Part shown: positions 18,584-28,552 of the stretch, piece by piece | Position numbering within the stretch: the stretch's first letter is position 1 | Layout: each line of letters opens with the position of its first letter | NCBI GenBank assembly: GCA_040752555.1 | Contig: JBFMGT010000001.1 | Span: 402,352 to 466,351 of the forward strand | DNA from: Actinomycetota bacterium | Lineage (GTDB): Bacteria > Actinomycetota > Actinomycetes > Mycobacteriales > Mycobacteriaceae | DNA: 64,000 nt | Reading direction: 5' to 3' | Program-made: the position numbers and the translations under genes | Notes under the pieces: generated by a model | Told to the model about the DNA's origin: nothing | Seen by the model: only the letters and a program-made list of their open reading frames with translations | Databases searched by the model: none

Positions 18584-19993
18584 TCACAGACCAGCTGATG
18601 CGGCCAGCGGGCCGCAGCGCAGATCGAAGCGCTCGCGCAACGTGTCCAAGGTCCGGCGGGCGTTGTCGCGGTCGCGCCGGTGCCGGAGCCGAAAGCTCAG
18701 AGACCCCCGCACCTGGCGGGTCAGTGGATACCAGGAGTCGACGTTGGACCCGCACCGCAGGAACGCCGAAGTCGGTAGACGTTCGAACATCACGCTGAGG
18801 TTGTACCGCGACAGGCACAGGATTCCGAACGGCATGATGACTTTCGACTTGGCCCGCAGGTCGATGGCGTCCATCTCGTACAGCGGGGCGTCTGCCAGCC
18901 GGTCGCGGTAGAGCATGTGTGTCATGAAGTACGCCGTGAACGACGTCAAATGCATTGTCGCCGAGCGGGGTTGAATCGACAGCACCGATCCGCCGGGCGA
19001 CACGTACGGCTGATAGGGTCCCGCATCGCGCAGGACCTAGCCCGTGCAGTTGATGACCCAGCTGCCGGGCTCGATCCCGCGGCCCGGTCCGCTCGCGAAC
19101 GTCATCACCGGGCCGTCGGGACCGTCGATCAGGTCGGTGAAACGGTCCATCACCGCCTCTCGCAGACCCTCGGCGATGGCGCGGCTCTCGGCGGCCGACA
19201 TGATGCCCAGCACGTAGGTGTCGGCGCGCTCGGTCGGCCAGACGCCGCAGGTGTCACGGAACCAGTGGTTGGCCTCGTCTTCGTTGGTGGCGTCGAAGCG
19301 GCTGAGCATCTGCGCTCCCGAGACGCTCGCCGGGTGCCCGACCACCACCGCCTGCGTCCCTGCGGGAACGTCTCGTCGCGGCTGAGGAAGTATGTGCCCG
19401 AACCGGCCACCATCGACACTTCCCGATGCGGGTTGGCGGTGATGAGTGCGTGGGCGGTGTCCATCCCCGTCTTCCCGCCGCCGATCACCCACACGGGCGC
19501 ATCCTTCGAGGCGATCTCGTCGACGTCACAGAAGTTCGGCGACACCGAGTTCACCCGTCGGGACTGAACCGGCAGCGGGTTGTTCGGCGTGACGGCGAAG
19601 CCGGCCGCGTTGATGAGACGCGGTGTGGTGATCGTGCGCGTGCGCCCATCGGCGTCGCTTACTCGGACGGTGACCATGCCGTCGGATTCGGTGGAACCGT
19701 CGAATTCCCAGCCGAACAGGGTGTCGACCGTGACCCGCCTGCGGACGACATCAAGGCAGTGGCTGAAGTGGTCGAGCACCTCGGATCGCGTCGCGCAGGC
19801 GGACGTACGGATAGGCGTCGACCCACATGCCGCCGACGCGCAGGCGGCGGTCGATGAGAATCACTCGCTGCCCGCGGCCGAGGTAGTCGGATGCCACCGC
19901 GAGTGCGTTCATCCCGGCCAGACCCGCTCCGACGATGCACAGGTCGCAACTCTCGGTCTCTTCCGGACGGCTCGCCGTCGAGTCGTCGGTCAC
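18584..19993 (-). pseudogene. FAD-dependent oxidoreductase pseudogene (frameshifts plus nonsense codon)
   Basis: CIVGAGLAG and VIGGGKTG motifs lie in different frames; frameshifts near 19795 and 19335; in-frame TAG at 19037-19039 with the frame continuing to 18584. Confidence 0.8.
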
Positions 19994-20164
19994 CGCGTCA
20001 CCTACTTCGCTTGTCGGCTCCGTGCGTGTGCCCGATGTCAGCAAAACGAAAACCTGTACATCGCGTACAGAAATAGCCGATCTGACAATCTCGATTACCA
20101 TCAGTCCGCAGTGCGTGCGTCGGCTTCCGCCGGCAAGGGGGTGCAGAAGCTGGGCGAGCTCTCG

Positions 20165-21439
20165 TCAGGTCACGCGCACGGGGCGCACCGACAGACACAT
20201 GATCGCCGCGGCGACGCACAGCCCGGCCGCAAAGTAGAACGCGAGGTCGTAGTCGCCGCGCAGGTCGCGAATCCAACCTGCACCCGCGGCGGCGACCGCC
20301 GCGCCGAGCTGGTGCGACGCGAACACCCAACCGAAGACGATCGGCGTCTTGTCGCCGAAGTAGTTGCGGCACAGCGCAATCGTGGGAGGAACCGTGGCCA
20401 CCCAGTCCAGGCCGTAGAAGATGATGAACACCCACGTGCCGGGCTCGGCGTGCGGGGAGAGCAGGGCCGGTAGCGCGAGCAGTGAAAGCCCCCGCCCGGT
20501 GTAGTAGATGACGAGCAGGACGCGGGCGTCGACGCGGTCGGTCAGCCATCCAGAGAACACCGTGCCCGCGACATCGAGGACGCCGACCACGGCCAGAAGG
20601 CCGGCGGCCACCGTCGTGGGCATCCCGTGGTCGTTGGCGGCAGGGATGAAGTGGGTGCCGATCAGCCCGTTGGTCGTCATGCCGCAGATCGCGAAGCTGC
20701 CCGCCAGCAACCAGAAGGCGGGCACCCGCGCCCCGAGCGCCAGCCCGGAGAACGCCGCGGCGAAACTGCCGCCGGGTGCACGTGGCGCCGGCCCCGTTTC
20801 GACGGCAGGCGGCTGGCCGTAGCGGCCAAGACCTCTGTCCTGCGGCCAATTTCGTATCAGGAGCAGGACGGGCGGGATCACGGCGAGTGCCGCGGCAGCG
20901 ACGAGCAGCGAGGCCCAGCGCCAGCCGTGGTGCGTCGTGATGGCGGCGACCACCGGCAGGAAGATCAGCTGACCTGTCGCGCTGGCGGCGGTCAACACCC
21001 CGGTGACCAGCCCGCGGTGGGCGTCGAACCACCGGGTGGCGATCGTGGCGACGAAGCCCATCGAGATGGCTCCGGTCCCCGTGCCGACGAGCACACCCCA
21101 CAGCAGGACCAGTTGCCAGCTCGCGGTCATCGTCACGCTCAACGCACTGCCGGCTGCGATCATCGTCAAAGCCATGGTCAGTACCGGGCGGATGCCGAAG
21201 CGGTCCATCAAGGCCGCGGCGAAGGGGGCGGTCAGGCCGAACAACGTCATGTTCACCGACATCGCCAGCCCGACCGTCCCGTGCGACCAGCCGAACTCGT
21301 GGTGCAGCGGGTTCATCATCACCCCGGGTACGGAGCGGAAGCCGGCGGCGCCCAGCAGCGCGACGAAGCTGACGGCCGCCACCACCCAGGCCCAGTGCAG
21401 GCCGACGGTGTTGCGGGCAGAGCGGTCGGTCACGGTCAC
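20165..21439 (-). CDS. MFS transporter
   Basis: Multiple hydrophobic helices, MDRFGIRP, GWLTDRVDAR; divergent from GlxA regulator. Confidence 0.9.
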   Translation of the reverse strand: MTVTDRSARNTVGLHWAWVVAAVSFVALLGAAGFRSVPGVMMNPLHHEFGWSHGTVGLAMSVNMTLFGLTAPFAAALMDRFGIRPVLTMALTMIAAGSALSVTMTASWQLVLLWGVLVGTGTGAISMGFVATIATRWFDAHRGLVTGVLTAASATGQLIFLPVVAAITTHHGWRWASLLVAAAALAVIPPVLLLIRNWPQDRGLGRYGQPPAVETGPAPRAPGGSFAAAFSGLALGARVPAFWLLAGSFAICGMTTNGLIGTHFIPAANDHGMPTTVAAGLLAVVGVLDVAGTVFSGWLTDRVDARVLLVIYYTGRGLSLLALPALLSPHAEPGTWVFIIFYGLDWVATVPPTIALCRNYFGDKTPIVFGWVFASHQLGAAVAAAGAGWIRDLRGDYDLAFYFAAGLCVAAAIMCLSVRPVRVT

Positions 21440-21520
21440 CGCTCGACTATGGCGGCAGCCGGACTGGAGGACTAGTGGCAAGACTGCCGTTATTCGTCAA
21501 AAACATGCCATCATGGCGCC

Positions 21521-22489
21521 ATGTCCACCCACCGCGTCGCCGTGCTCCTGCTCGAGCCCGTCATCGGCTTCGACGCGGCGATTGCCCCGACGCTGTTCGG
21601 CGCGGCCACCGGCTGGGACGGGGCCCCGCTGTACGAAGTGGTCACCTGCGGCCTGACGACCGCCCCGGTGCCCAGCACCACCGGGTTCGCGATGATTCCG
21701 ACTGCGGGAGCCGAGGCCCTCGCCACCGCAGACACCGTGGTGGTCCCCGGCACGCGATTGGAGCCCGCCCGCGTCGACGGCCGGCTCGAACCCCAGGTCG
21801 CCGCGGCGCTGGCCGCCATTCCGCCGAACGCCCGCGTCGTCTCGATCTGCACCGGCGCCTTCGTGCTCGCCGCGGCGGGGCTCCTCGACGGCCGACCCGC
21901 CACGACGCACTGGCAGCACGCCGACGCGCTACGCGCGCTGTACCCGGAGGTGCTGGTCGACGAGAACGTGCTGTTCGTCGACGACGGCGACGTGCTGACC
22001 TCCGCCGGGCTTGCCGCAGGAATCGACCTGTGTCTGCACATCATTCGGCGCGACCACGGTACGAAGGTCGCGAACGCCGTCGCCCGCCACTGTGTCGTCC
22101 CGCCGTGGCGGGAAGGCGGGCAGGCTCAGTTCATCGAAAGTCAGGTTCCAGTCCAGGATTTCGCGTCTACGGCGGCGACCAGGGCGTGGGCGGCCCAGAA
22201 TCTGCACGAGCCGTTGACGATCGGCCGGCTCGCCGAGCACGCCGGCATGAGCACGCGCACGTTCATCCGCCGCTTCCGCGAGGAGACGGGCCAGCCGCCC
22301 GGCGAATGGCTGCGCACCCGCCGCATCGACCGCGCCCGCGAACTCCTCGAGGGCCACGACCTCAGCGTCGACGAGGTCGCGCGACGGTCAGGGCTGGGTT
22401 CCGGCGGCAATCTCCGGCACCACCTGCGGCGCGGTCTGGGCATGTCGCCGTCGAGTTATCGCAAGGTCTTCGCCGGCCACGAGCACTAG
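21521..22489 (+). CDS. GlxA-type AraC regulator (DJ-1/PfpI + AraC HTH)
   Basis: SICTGAF, ATTHW, TSAGLAAGIDL, MSTRTFIRRF. Confidence 0.93.
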   Translation: MSTHRVAVLLLEPVIGFDAAIAPTLFGAATGWDGAPLYEVVTCGLTTAPVPSTTGFAMIPTAGAEALATADTVVVPGTRLEPARVDGRLEPQVAAALAAIPPNARVVSICTGAFVLAAAGLLDGRPATTHWQHADALRALYPEVLVDENVLFVDDGDVLTSAGLAAGIDLCLHIIRRDHGTKVANAVARHCVVPPWREGGQAQFIESQVPVQDFASTAATRAWAAQNLHEPLTIGRLAEHAGMSTRTFIRRFREETGQPPGEWLRTRRIDRARELLEGHDLSVDEVARRSGLGSGGNLRHHLRRGLGMSPSSYRKVFAGHEH

Positions 22490-22747
22490 CCCCTCGTGCG
22501 GTCTGAAGCGCGGTTGATCACGAAGAATCAACCTGAAGGAGCCGGCACGAGCACGCGATCGACGGCGCTGCGTGCATTGGTGTGGGTACCGCATGAAGGA
22601 GTGGCCATGGCCGAATCGATCGTTCTCGGCGATCACGCTGCTCGGTGAGAGCGGGGGTGTCGGTCGGCTAGTGTTGATCGGCCGGCATTTCCGGCCGAGT
22701 ACATGCCCGTCGATGAAAGCCGACGACGCGCTTGGGCAAGAGTCGAA

Positions 22748-23392
22748 TTACTCCGGACCGTAGTGGTAGAACGCCGACACCACGTCCTCCACGGTCAGGT
22801 AGGTATAGCCGCCTTCGTCAGCCATTGTCTTCGCCTCGGACGCACCGGCGACGTCGGTCGGGTGGGTCACGGAAACCAGTGCGCAGAACGCGGATGCCGG
22901 CGGGGACGCGCCGGTCAGTGCCGACAGCGCCAAGGCGAGATCAGCCGGAGTCGATGACGGAGTGGTCTGCGCGGCCACAGGGAGAACGTGCCCCGGCCGG
23001 ACGAAGTCACCCGGCCTGCTGTCGGAATTGCTCAGCCGGCGGATGGTTTCCGCGCGGTCTGTCGCTGAGATCCCAGTAGTCACACCGGTCTTGGCGTCGA
23101 CGGCTACGTGCGCCTGCGGGCACAGCGAGTCGGAGTCGACCGGCATGGGCGGAATGTCGAGCGCCCGCATACGGCCGGTATCCAGCGCTACATGGAGCAG
23201 GCCTGAGCCGTGCCGGATCAGTGAAGCGATTCCTCGGGGCGTTGCCATTCTCGCGTCCACCATGATGAACGCCCACGGTGTCGCTCCCACGATCACGGGC
23301 TCACCACGACGCAGTGCTTCGAGGGCCTTTAAGACCGTTGGCAAGGGCAGATCGCGAAGTCCGTGGGGTATCTCGTCAACGACGCTGGTCAT
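22748..23392 (-). CDS. RibB (DHBP synthase)-like protein, catalytically degenerate
   Basis: IRHGSG, TTGISATDR, DFVRPGHVLP conserved; DDEDRENEGD and RxGHTE motifs absent. Confidence 0.8.
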   Translation of the reverse strand: MTSVVDEIPHGLRDLPLPTVLKALEALRRGEPVIVGATPWAFIMVDARMATPRGIASLIRHGSGLLHVALDTGRMRALDIPPMPVDSDSLCPQAHVAVDAKTGVTTGISATDRAETIRRLSNSDSRPGDFVRPGHVLPVAAQTTPSSTPADLALALSALTGASPPASAFCALVSVTHPTDVAGASEAKTMADEGGYTYLTVEDVVSAFYHYGPE

Positions 23393-23964
23393 GAGACGAG
23401 GGACGCCCAGTGGTCACGGTCCAGCCGCGGGAACTTCGACCGGAAGTAGACGAGTGGGTGCGAGTGCGGGTCCTCGACCGATCCGAGCGACAGGACATGG
23501 GCGGTGATGATCTCATGATCGCCACCGGGGTAGCACTCATCTATCTCGCACTCGACCCAGGCCTGACAGTTGGCAATCACCGGCGCTTGGGTGCAGTTGC
23601 CTGGGGACCATTGCACTTCAGCAAATTTCGGACCACCCGAGATGGCGAACGACCTCGCTATGGCCTCCTGCCGACTCGACAGAATGTTGACGACGAATTT
23701 GCCGGTCGCGCGGATCGCCGGCCAACTGGACGACCCACGATCGATCGATATCAGCACCATCGTCGGGTCGAGTGACAGCGCGATGAACGACTGAATCGTC
23801 AGACCCAGCGGCCCGTGCGGACTCACGCCGGTCACGATCGCCACCCCCGTCGGGAAGTGACCGACGACGTCGCGAAACTTCGCGGTCACCTGCTCATCCT
23901 CGCTGCGCTCTGATGCGGTCGGCGGTTTCGATGGCGTCGTTTTCGGGTGCGTCCGAGTTGCCAT
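23389..23964 (-). CDS. Flavin reductase family protein (start uncertain, 23964 or 23889)
   Basis: FRDVVGHFPTGVAIVT, SLDP, GGDHEI, PLVYFRS. Confidence 0.92.
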   Translation of the reverse strand: MATRTHPKTTPSKPPTASERSEDEQVTAKFRDVVGHFPTGVAIVTGVSPHGPLGLTIQSFIALSLDPTMVLISIDRGSSSWPAIRATGKFVVNILSSRQEAIARSFAISGGPKFAEVQWSPGNCTQAPVIANCQAWVECEIDECYPGGDHEIITAHVLSLGSVEDPHSHPLVYFRSKFPRLDRDHWASLVS

Positions 23965-25393
23965 ACGGTCGGACGAACACCATATAGAGCGCCCCTGCGA
24001 CCAACACCACAGCCAACCCGATGAGAACGATCCACCTGTCGATGAAACCCAGGCTCGGATCGCCCGGTAGCGCAAGCAGAATCATCGCGAAGACGCCATA
24101 GATGAGCGCCAGGACATTGATCAGTAGGCCCGCCCCTCCCAGCGACCACGGTCCGGCCGGTCGCCAGCCCTTGATGCGCTGTCGCAGAGCGGCGAACACA
24201 ACCATCTGGAAGCACACATAGATTCCCAGCACTGCGAAGGCCGTGACCTGCACCGCGCTGTCCGGCTTGAAGTACAGCCACACAGTGATCAGCATCGGTG
24301 CCGAGCATGCGGCGATCATCGCGTTGCGGGGTACCGATCCACTACCAGCGACCTCCTGGTGCAGCTTGGCGAGCCACGTGCTGCCGGGCAGCATGTTGTC
24401 CCTTGCGAAGCTGAAGAGCAATCGGCTGAGCGCTGCCTGTTGCGACAACGCAGCGGACAGGAAGATGGTCGCGGCGACGACGAGTAGAAGCGTCATGCCG
24501 AGTTCGCCGGTACTGCCACGGACGATAGCCGGAATGGGATCTGCCACTCCACCATCCACGATCTCTTGTAGGTTGGGTGCTGCCAACACGAAACCCGCGT
24601 ACGCGATGAAGGCGGCGACAAGACCGATCACGATCGTGAGGATCATCGCGACCGGGATGCGGCGTTCCGGGTCCTTCACCTCTTCGGCGACATCGCCGCA
24701 CGCCTCGAATCCATAGAACTGCCAGAGACCGACCAGGGCAGCGAGGGTGAACGCCCAAAGATACGAGCCCTCGCCCGCGACGCCGAGTGTATCGAAGAGG
24801 ACGCCAAACGAATTGCGCCGTTCGAAGAGGAGGAGGAAGAGTCCGAGTGCCACCACTCCGATCAATTCGCAGTAGAAGCCGATGCGTACGACGAAAGCCA
24901 ACGTCTTGGTGCCGGTGCTGTTCAACACGAATGCCACGGCAAGCAGACCCAGGCCGATCGCCAGACCTGTCACGTTCGTCAGCTCTACGTGAAAAAGGTT
25001 CGCGAGGAATGGAACTGCGAACTGAACCACTGCTGTCGTGGTGGCGATGAGCGCCGCGATGTAGATCCACGCGGCCATCCAGGCGTAACGGCGTCCCCAC
25101 AGACGCCGCGCCCAGGGATAGATGCCACCGGTGATCGGATACTGCGAGACGATCTCTCCGAAGACCAGTGCGACGAGGAGTTGTCCGGCGGCGACGATCG
25201 GGAACCACCAGATCGATGGCGGCCCCGCAGTCGCGAGGCCCAGCGCGAAGATGGACAGCACGCCGGCGCCGGGCGAGAGGTATGTGAAGCCGAGTGAGAA
25301 GTTGGAGACCAGTCCGATGCTGCGCTTGAAACCTTCCTGTGGAACCGAATCCGGCTTGATCGCCGGTTTTGGTGGCATGACTGACTCTGACAT
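23894..25393 (-). CDS. APC family amino acid/amine permease
   Basis: FSLGFTYLSP, GGIYPWA, YGFEACGDVAEEVKDP. Confidence 0.9.
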   Translation of the reverse strand: MSESVMPPKPAIKPDSVPQEGFKRSIGLVSNFSLGFTYLSPGAGVLSIFALGLATAGPPSIWWFPIVAAGQLLVALVFGEIVSQYPITGGIYPWARRLWGRRYAWMAAWIYIAALIATTTAVVQFAVPFLANLFHVELTNVTGLAIGLGLLAVAFVLNSTGTKTLAFVVRIGFYCELIGVVALGLFLLLFERRNSFGVLFDTLGVAGEGSYLWAFTLAALVGLWQFYGFEACGDVAEEVKDPERRIPVAMILTIVIGLVAAFIAYAGFVLAAPNLQEIVDGGVADPIPAIVRGSTGELGMTLLLVVAATIFLSAALSQQAALSRLLFSFARDNMLPGSTWLAKLHQEVAGSGSVPRNAMIAACSAPMLITVWLYFKPDSAVQVTAFAVLGIYVCFQMVVFAALRQRIKGWRPAGPWSLGGAGLLINVLALIYGVFAMILLALPGDPSLGFIDRWIVLIGLAVVLVAGALYMVFVRPYGNSDAPENDAIETADRIRAQRG

Positions 25394-25488
25394 ATGAGGT
25401 GCTTCCTTCCCTCGGGCAAGGCATCGGCATCTACATGGTCGCTGGCCACGACACGCTCGCGGTCGAGGAGATAGCGGCTGCGCAACAA

Positions 25489-25506
25489 TTTGGACGTTTG
25501 TAGAAA
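25489..25506. promoter_or_regulatory. Putative operator copy 1 TTTGGACGTTTGTAGAAA
   Basis: 16/18 identical to reverse complement of 25630-25647. Confidence 0.6.
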
Positions 25507-25629
25507 CTCTCAAGCGGGCTCAAACTAACCCCGGGTTGCGTGCGTGTCAACAGCTGGCGGTGAAAAGAGCTGCGGCTACAGGTCTTGACACCCTCGTTCA
25601 GCCGTCCTACTGTGGCTGCACACTGCAAA

Positions 25630-25647
25630 TTTCTACAAATGTACAAA
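25630..25647. promoter_or_regulatory. Putative operator copy 2 TTTCTACAAATGTACAAA
   Basis: Quasi-palindrome in the AT-rich divergent promoter region. Confidence 0.6.
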
Positions 25648-25762
25648 CTTGCGGATGTGGCTCATGTGGTGGCCGATGAAACCAAACACGTTGTGGGACA
25701 GAGCAATCATTTTGTCGTGCGGCAGAACTGCGCTATGTCCCAATGAAAGGATGATGACCGCG

Positions 25763-26842
25763 ATGAAGTTCGGCCTCTTCAACATCCCCTACTCGCGCGA
25801 TTACGCAAACGGAAGGCGTTCGGCCAAAGAAGTGATCGACTGGGACTTGCAGCTCACACAGTGGGCCGACGAATTCGGTTGGGAAGAAGTCTTCTTCGCC
25901 GAACACTACACTCTCGGCGGTGAACCGAGCCCTGCGCCCGACGCGATGATCGCGGCCGCATCGCAACTCACCAGCAACGTCCGCCTGGGTGCGGCGGCGC
26001 ACCTGCTGGCCTACCACAATCCGATCTCGTTGGCGCACCGCATCATGTGGCTCGACCACATGACCGGTGGTCGTTACATCGCTGGATTCGCGCCCGGCGC
26101 CTTCCCGAGCGACGCCCAACTCTTCAACACCGGGAAGAAGAATCCGCAGATGATGGCCGAGGCGATGGACATCGTCGAGGCCGTTTGGACCAGAACCGGT
26201 CCGTTCCGCATCGAGGGTGAATTCTGGACAGTCGACATGCCCGCCTACAGCGACAGCATCCACGGGCCGCACCTGAGGCCGAAGCAGGGCCGCATCCCCG
26301 TGATCATGACGGGCATGCAAGCCAGCTCACCGACGTTGACGACAGCCGGAGCGCGCGGATATCTGCCTATGAGCCAGCAGGTCCACAACAGTGTGCTCAA
26401 GGAGCACTGGCGAACTTATGCGGAGGCGGCCGAACAAGCAGGGCACGCTGCCGATCGCTCGCAGTGGCGCGTGTGCCGCGACGTACTGGTGGCGGACAGC
26501 GACGAGGAGGCCCGCGACGCGTACCTCAACGGCGCCATGGGCGATCTGTGGGGCAACTACAACATCCCCACATTCATCGAACTCGGAATCGGTGATCTTC
26601 TATCAGGCGGCACCGTGCCCGCGCAGGATCTCGACGTCGAGTGGATGGTCGATAATTTCCATATCGTCGGATCGCCGCAAAGCGTCGCCGACAAGATCAC
26701 CGAAATGTACGAGGAAGTAGGAGGTTTCGGAACCTTGATCTCCTTTGGTCACGACTACGCAGCGGACCCGGACGTGTACCGGCGAAGCTTCGAGCTCATC
26801 GGGACCAAGGTCACCGAACTCGTCGCCCACCTGACCGCATGA
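25763..26842 (+). CDS. Luciferase-like (LLM) flavin-dependent monooxygenase
   Basis: MKFGLF, FFAEHY, VRLG..AHLLAYHNP. Confidence 0.92.
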   Translation: MKFGLFNIPYSRDYANGRRSAKEVIDWDLQLTQWADEFGWEEVFFAEHYTLGGEPSPAPDAMIAAASQLTSNVRLGAAAHLLAYHNPISLAHRIMWLDHMTGGRYIAGFAPGAFPSDAQLFNTGKKNPQMMAEAMDIVEAVWTRTGPFRIEGEFWTVDMPAYSDSIHGPHLRPKQGRIPVIMTGMQASSPTLTTAGARGYLPMSQQVHNSVLKEHWRTYAEAAEQAGHAADRSQWRVCRDVLVADSDEEARDAYLNGAMGDLWGNYNIPTFIELGIGDLLSGGTVPAQDLDVEWMVDNFHIVGSPQSVADKITEMYEEVGGFGTLISFGHDYAADPDVYRRSFELIGTKVTELVAHLTA

Positions 26843-27609
26843 TCAGCTCTGAGTTGTTGGCCGGCAAAGTCGTCTTCGTTTCGGGCGGTGCGAGGGGTAT
26901 GGGTGCCGCCCACGTTCGCAGGATGGCCGAAGAGGGGGCGCGAGTTCACTTCGGTGACATCACCGACGAACTCGGCGAGAAGTATTGCGCTGAGTTGTAC
27001 ACAGTGGGATTGGACGTCACCTACCACCACCTCGATGTCACAGACTCGTCGAACTGGGCCGGCGTCATGGCCAGCATCAGTGAGGCCGAGGGCAGACTCG
27101 ATGCGCTGGTCAACAATGCCGGGGTTCTGGACCTCGCAGGCCTAGACGATGCGACCGAAGAATCGTGGCGCGCTACCCTCGACGTCAACCAGACGGGCGT
27201 GTTCCTTGGTGCCAAAGCTGCGCTTTCGCTGCTGCGCCGGGCGGCCTCGCCCTCGATCGTCAACGTGTCGTCCATTTTCGGTCTGGTCGGTGCCACCGGA
27301 TATGTCGCTTACACGGCGTCGAAAGGTGCCGTGACGCTGCTGACCAAGACGCTGGCCTTCACATATGGGCCAGAGGGCGTCCGATGCAACAGCATTCACC
27401 CCGGATACATCGATACGCCGATGCTGGAAGAGGAACTGTCCGGGTTGCCGGCCGGTTCGGCGGATGCGGTGATCGCGCAGATTCCTCTGCGTCGGTTCGC
27501 CAATCCCGCAGAGGTGTCGGAGATCGTCGTGTTTCTCGTGTCTGACCGTGCCTCTTACGTCTCCGGCGCCGAGATCGTCATCGACGGAGGTCTACTTGCC
27601 GGGCGTTGA
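26839..27609 (+). CDS. SDR dehydrogenase
   Basis: SGGARGMG, NNAG, YTASK, NSIHPGYIDTPM. Confidence 0.93.
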   Translation: MISSELLAGKVVFVSGGARGMGAAHVRRMAEEGARVHFGDITDELGEKYCAELYTVGLDVTYHHLDVTDSSNWAGVMASISEAEGRLDALVNNAGVLDLAGLDDATEESWRATLDVNQTGVFLGAKAALSLLRRAASPSIVNVSSIFGLVGATGYVAYTASKGAVTLLTKTLAFTYGPEGVRCNSIHPGYIDTPMLEEELSGLPAGSADAVIAQIPLRRFANPAEVSEIVVFLVSDRASYVSGAEIVIDGGLLAGR

Positions 27610-27643
27610 ACCACCTGCGCCCAAACCAAAATCGGAGGCAGTC

Positions 27644-28495
27644 ATGTTTGGCCTGGAAGGCAAGGTCGCGCTGATCACCGGAGCGGCACGCGGGCAGGGT
27701 CGCTCGCACGCTGTGCGCCTCGCCGAGGCGGGAGCTTCGATCGTCGCGCTGGACATCTGCACCCAGATCCCCACGGTGCCCTATCCGATGGGGAGTCGCG
27801 ATGACCTAGACCAGACGGCACAAGTCGTCCGCGACTTGGGCGGCAGCATCGTGACGCGAGAAGCGGATGTGCGGAGCGCTGGTGACCTCGATGCAGCCGT
27901 CGAGGCGGCCGTCCGCGAGTTCGGCGGTATCGACATCGTGGTGGCCAACGCGGGCACGGTCAACGGCATCGCTCCGATGTGGGAACTGTCGGAGGATCAG
28001 GTTCGCGATCAATTCGATGTCAATCTCATGGGCGTTTGGCGCACGATCAAGGCCACGGTCCCGCAATTGATACGGCAGCGGCGTGGCGGTGCGGTAATCC
28101 TGATCAGCTCGATCTCCGGTCTGGTTGCCGAATTGAACGTCGGTCACTACTCGGCGTCGAAGCACGGGGTCAACGGACTGATGCGAACGCTGGCTGCTGA
28201 ACTGGCGCCGTACTCGATTCGGGTGAACAGTGTGAACCCCACCAACGTCAACACGAAGATGATCGACAACGACGCCTACAACCGCCTGTTTTCTGGCGGC
28301 AAAGACAATGCCACACAGCAAGATTCACTGGCTGCGCTGCAGGCCATGAACGGGCTGCCAGTGCCGTTCGTCGAGCCGGAGGACATCAGCAACGCGGTCC
28401 TCTATCTCGCCTCGCACGCGGGTCGGTACGTCACCGGTATCACACACGTGGTCGACGCCGGAGCCCTGGCGCCGTTCAAAGCGCCGCAGCTCTGA
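27644..28495 (+). CDS. Mycofactocin-coupled SDR oxidoreductase
   Basis: TGAARGQGRSHAVRLA, insertion DIC...VPYPM, YSASKHG. Confidence 0.88.
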   Translation: MFGLEGKVALITGAARGQGRSHAVRLAEAGASIVALDICTQIPTVPYPMGSRDDLDQTAQVVRDLGGSIVTREADVRSAGDLDAAVEAAVREFGGIDIVVANAGTVNGIAPMWELSEDQVRDQFDVNLMGVWRTIKATVPQLIRQRRGGAVILISSISGLVAELNVGHYSASKHGVNGLMRTLAAELAPYSIRVNSVNPTNVNTKMIDNDAYNRLFSGGKDNATQQDSLAALQAMNGLPVPFVEPEDISNAVLYLASHAGRYVTGITHVVDAGALAPFKAPQL

Positions 28496-28552
28496 CGCTA
28501 GGTGTTCGTCGTCACCAGTCCCTGGAATGGGGAGCGCACCGGCTGCGGTAAC

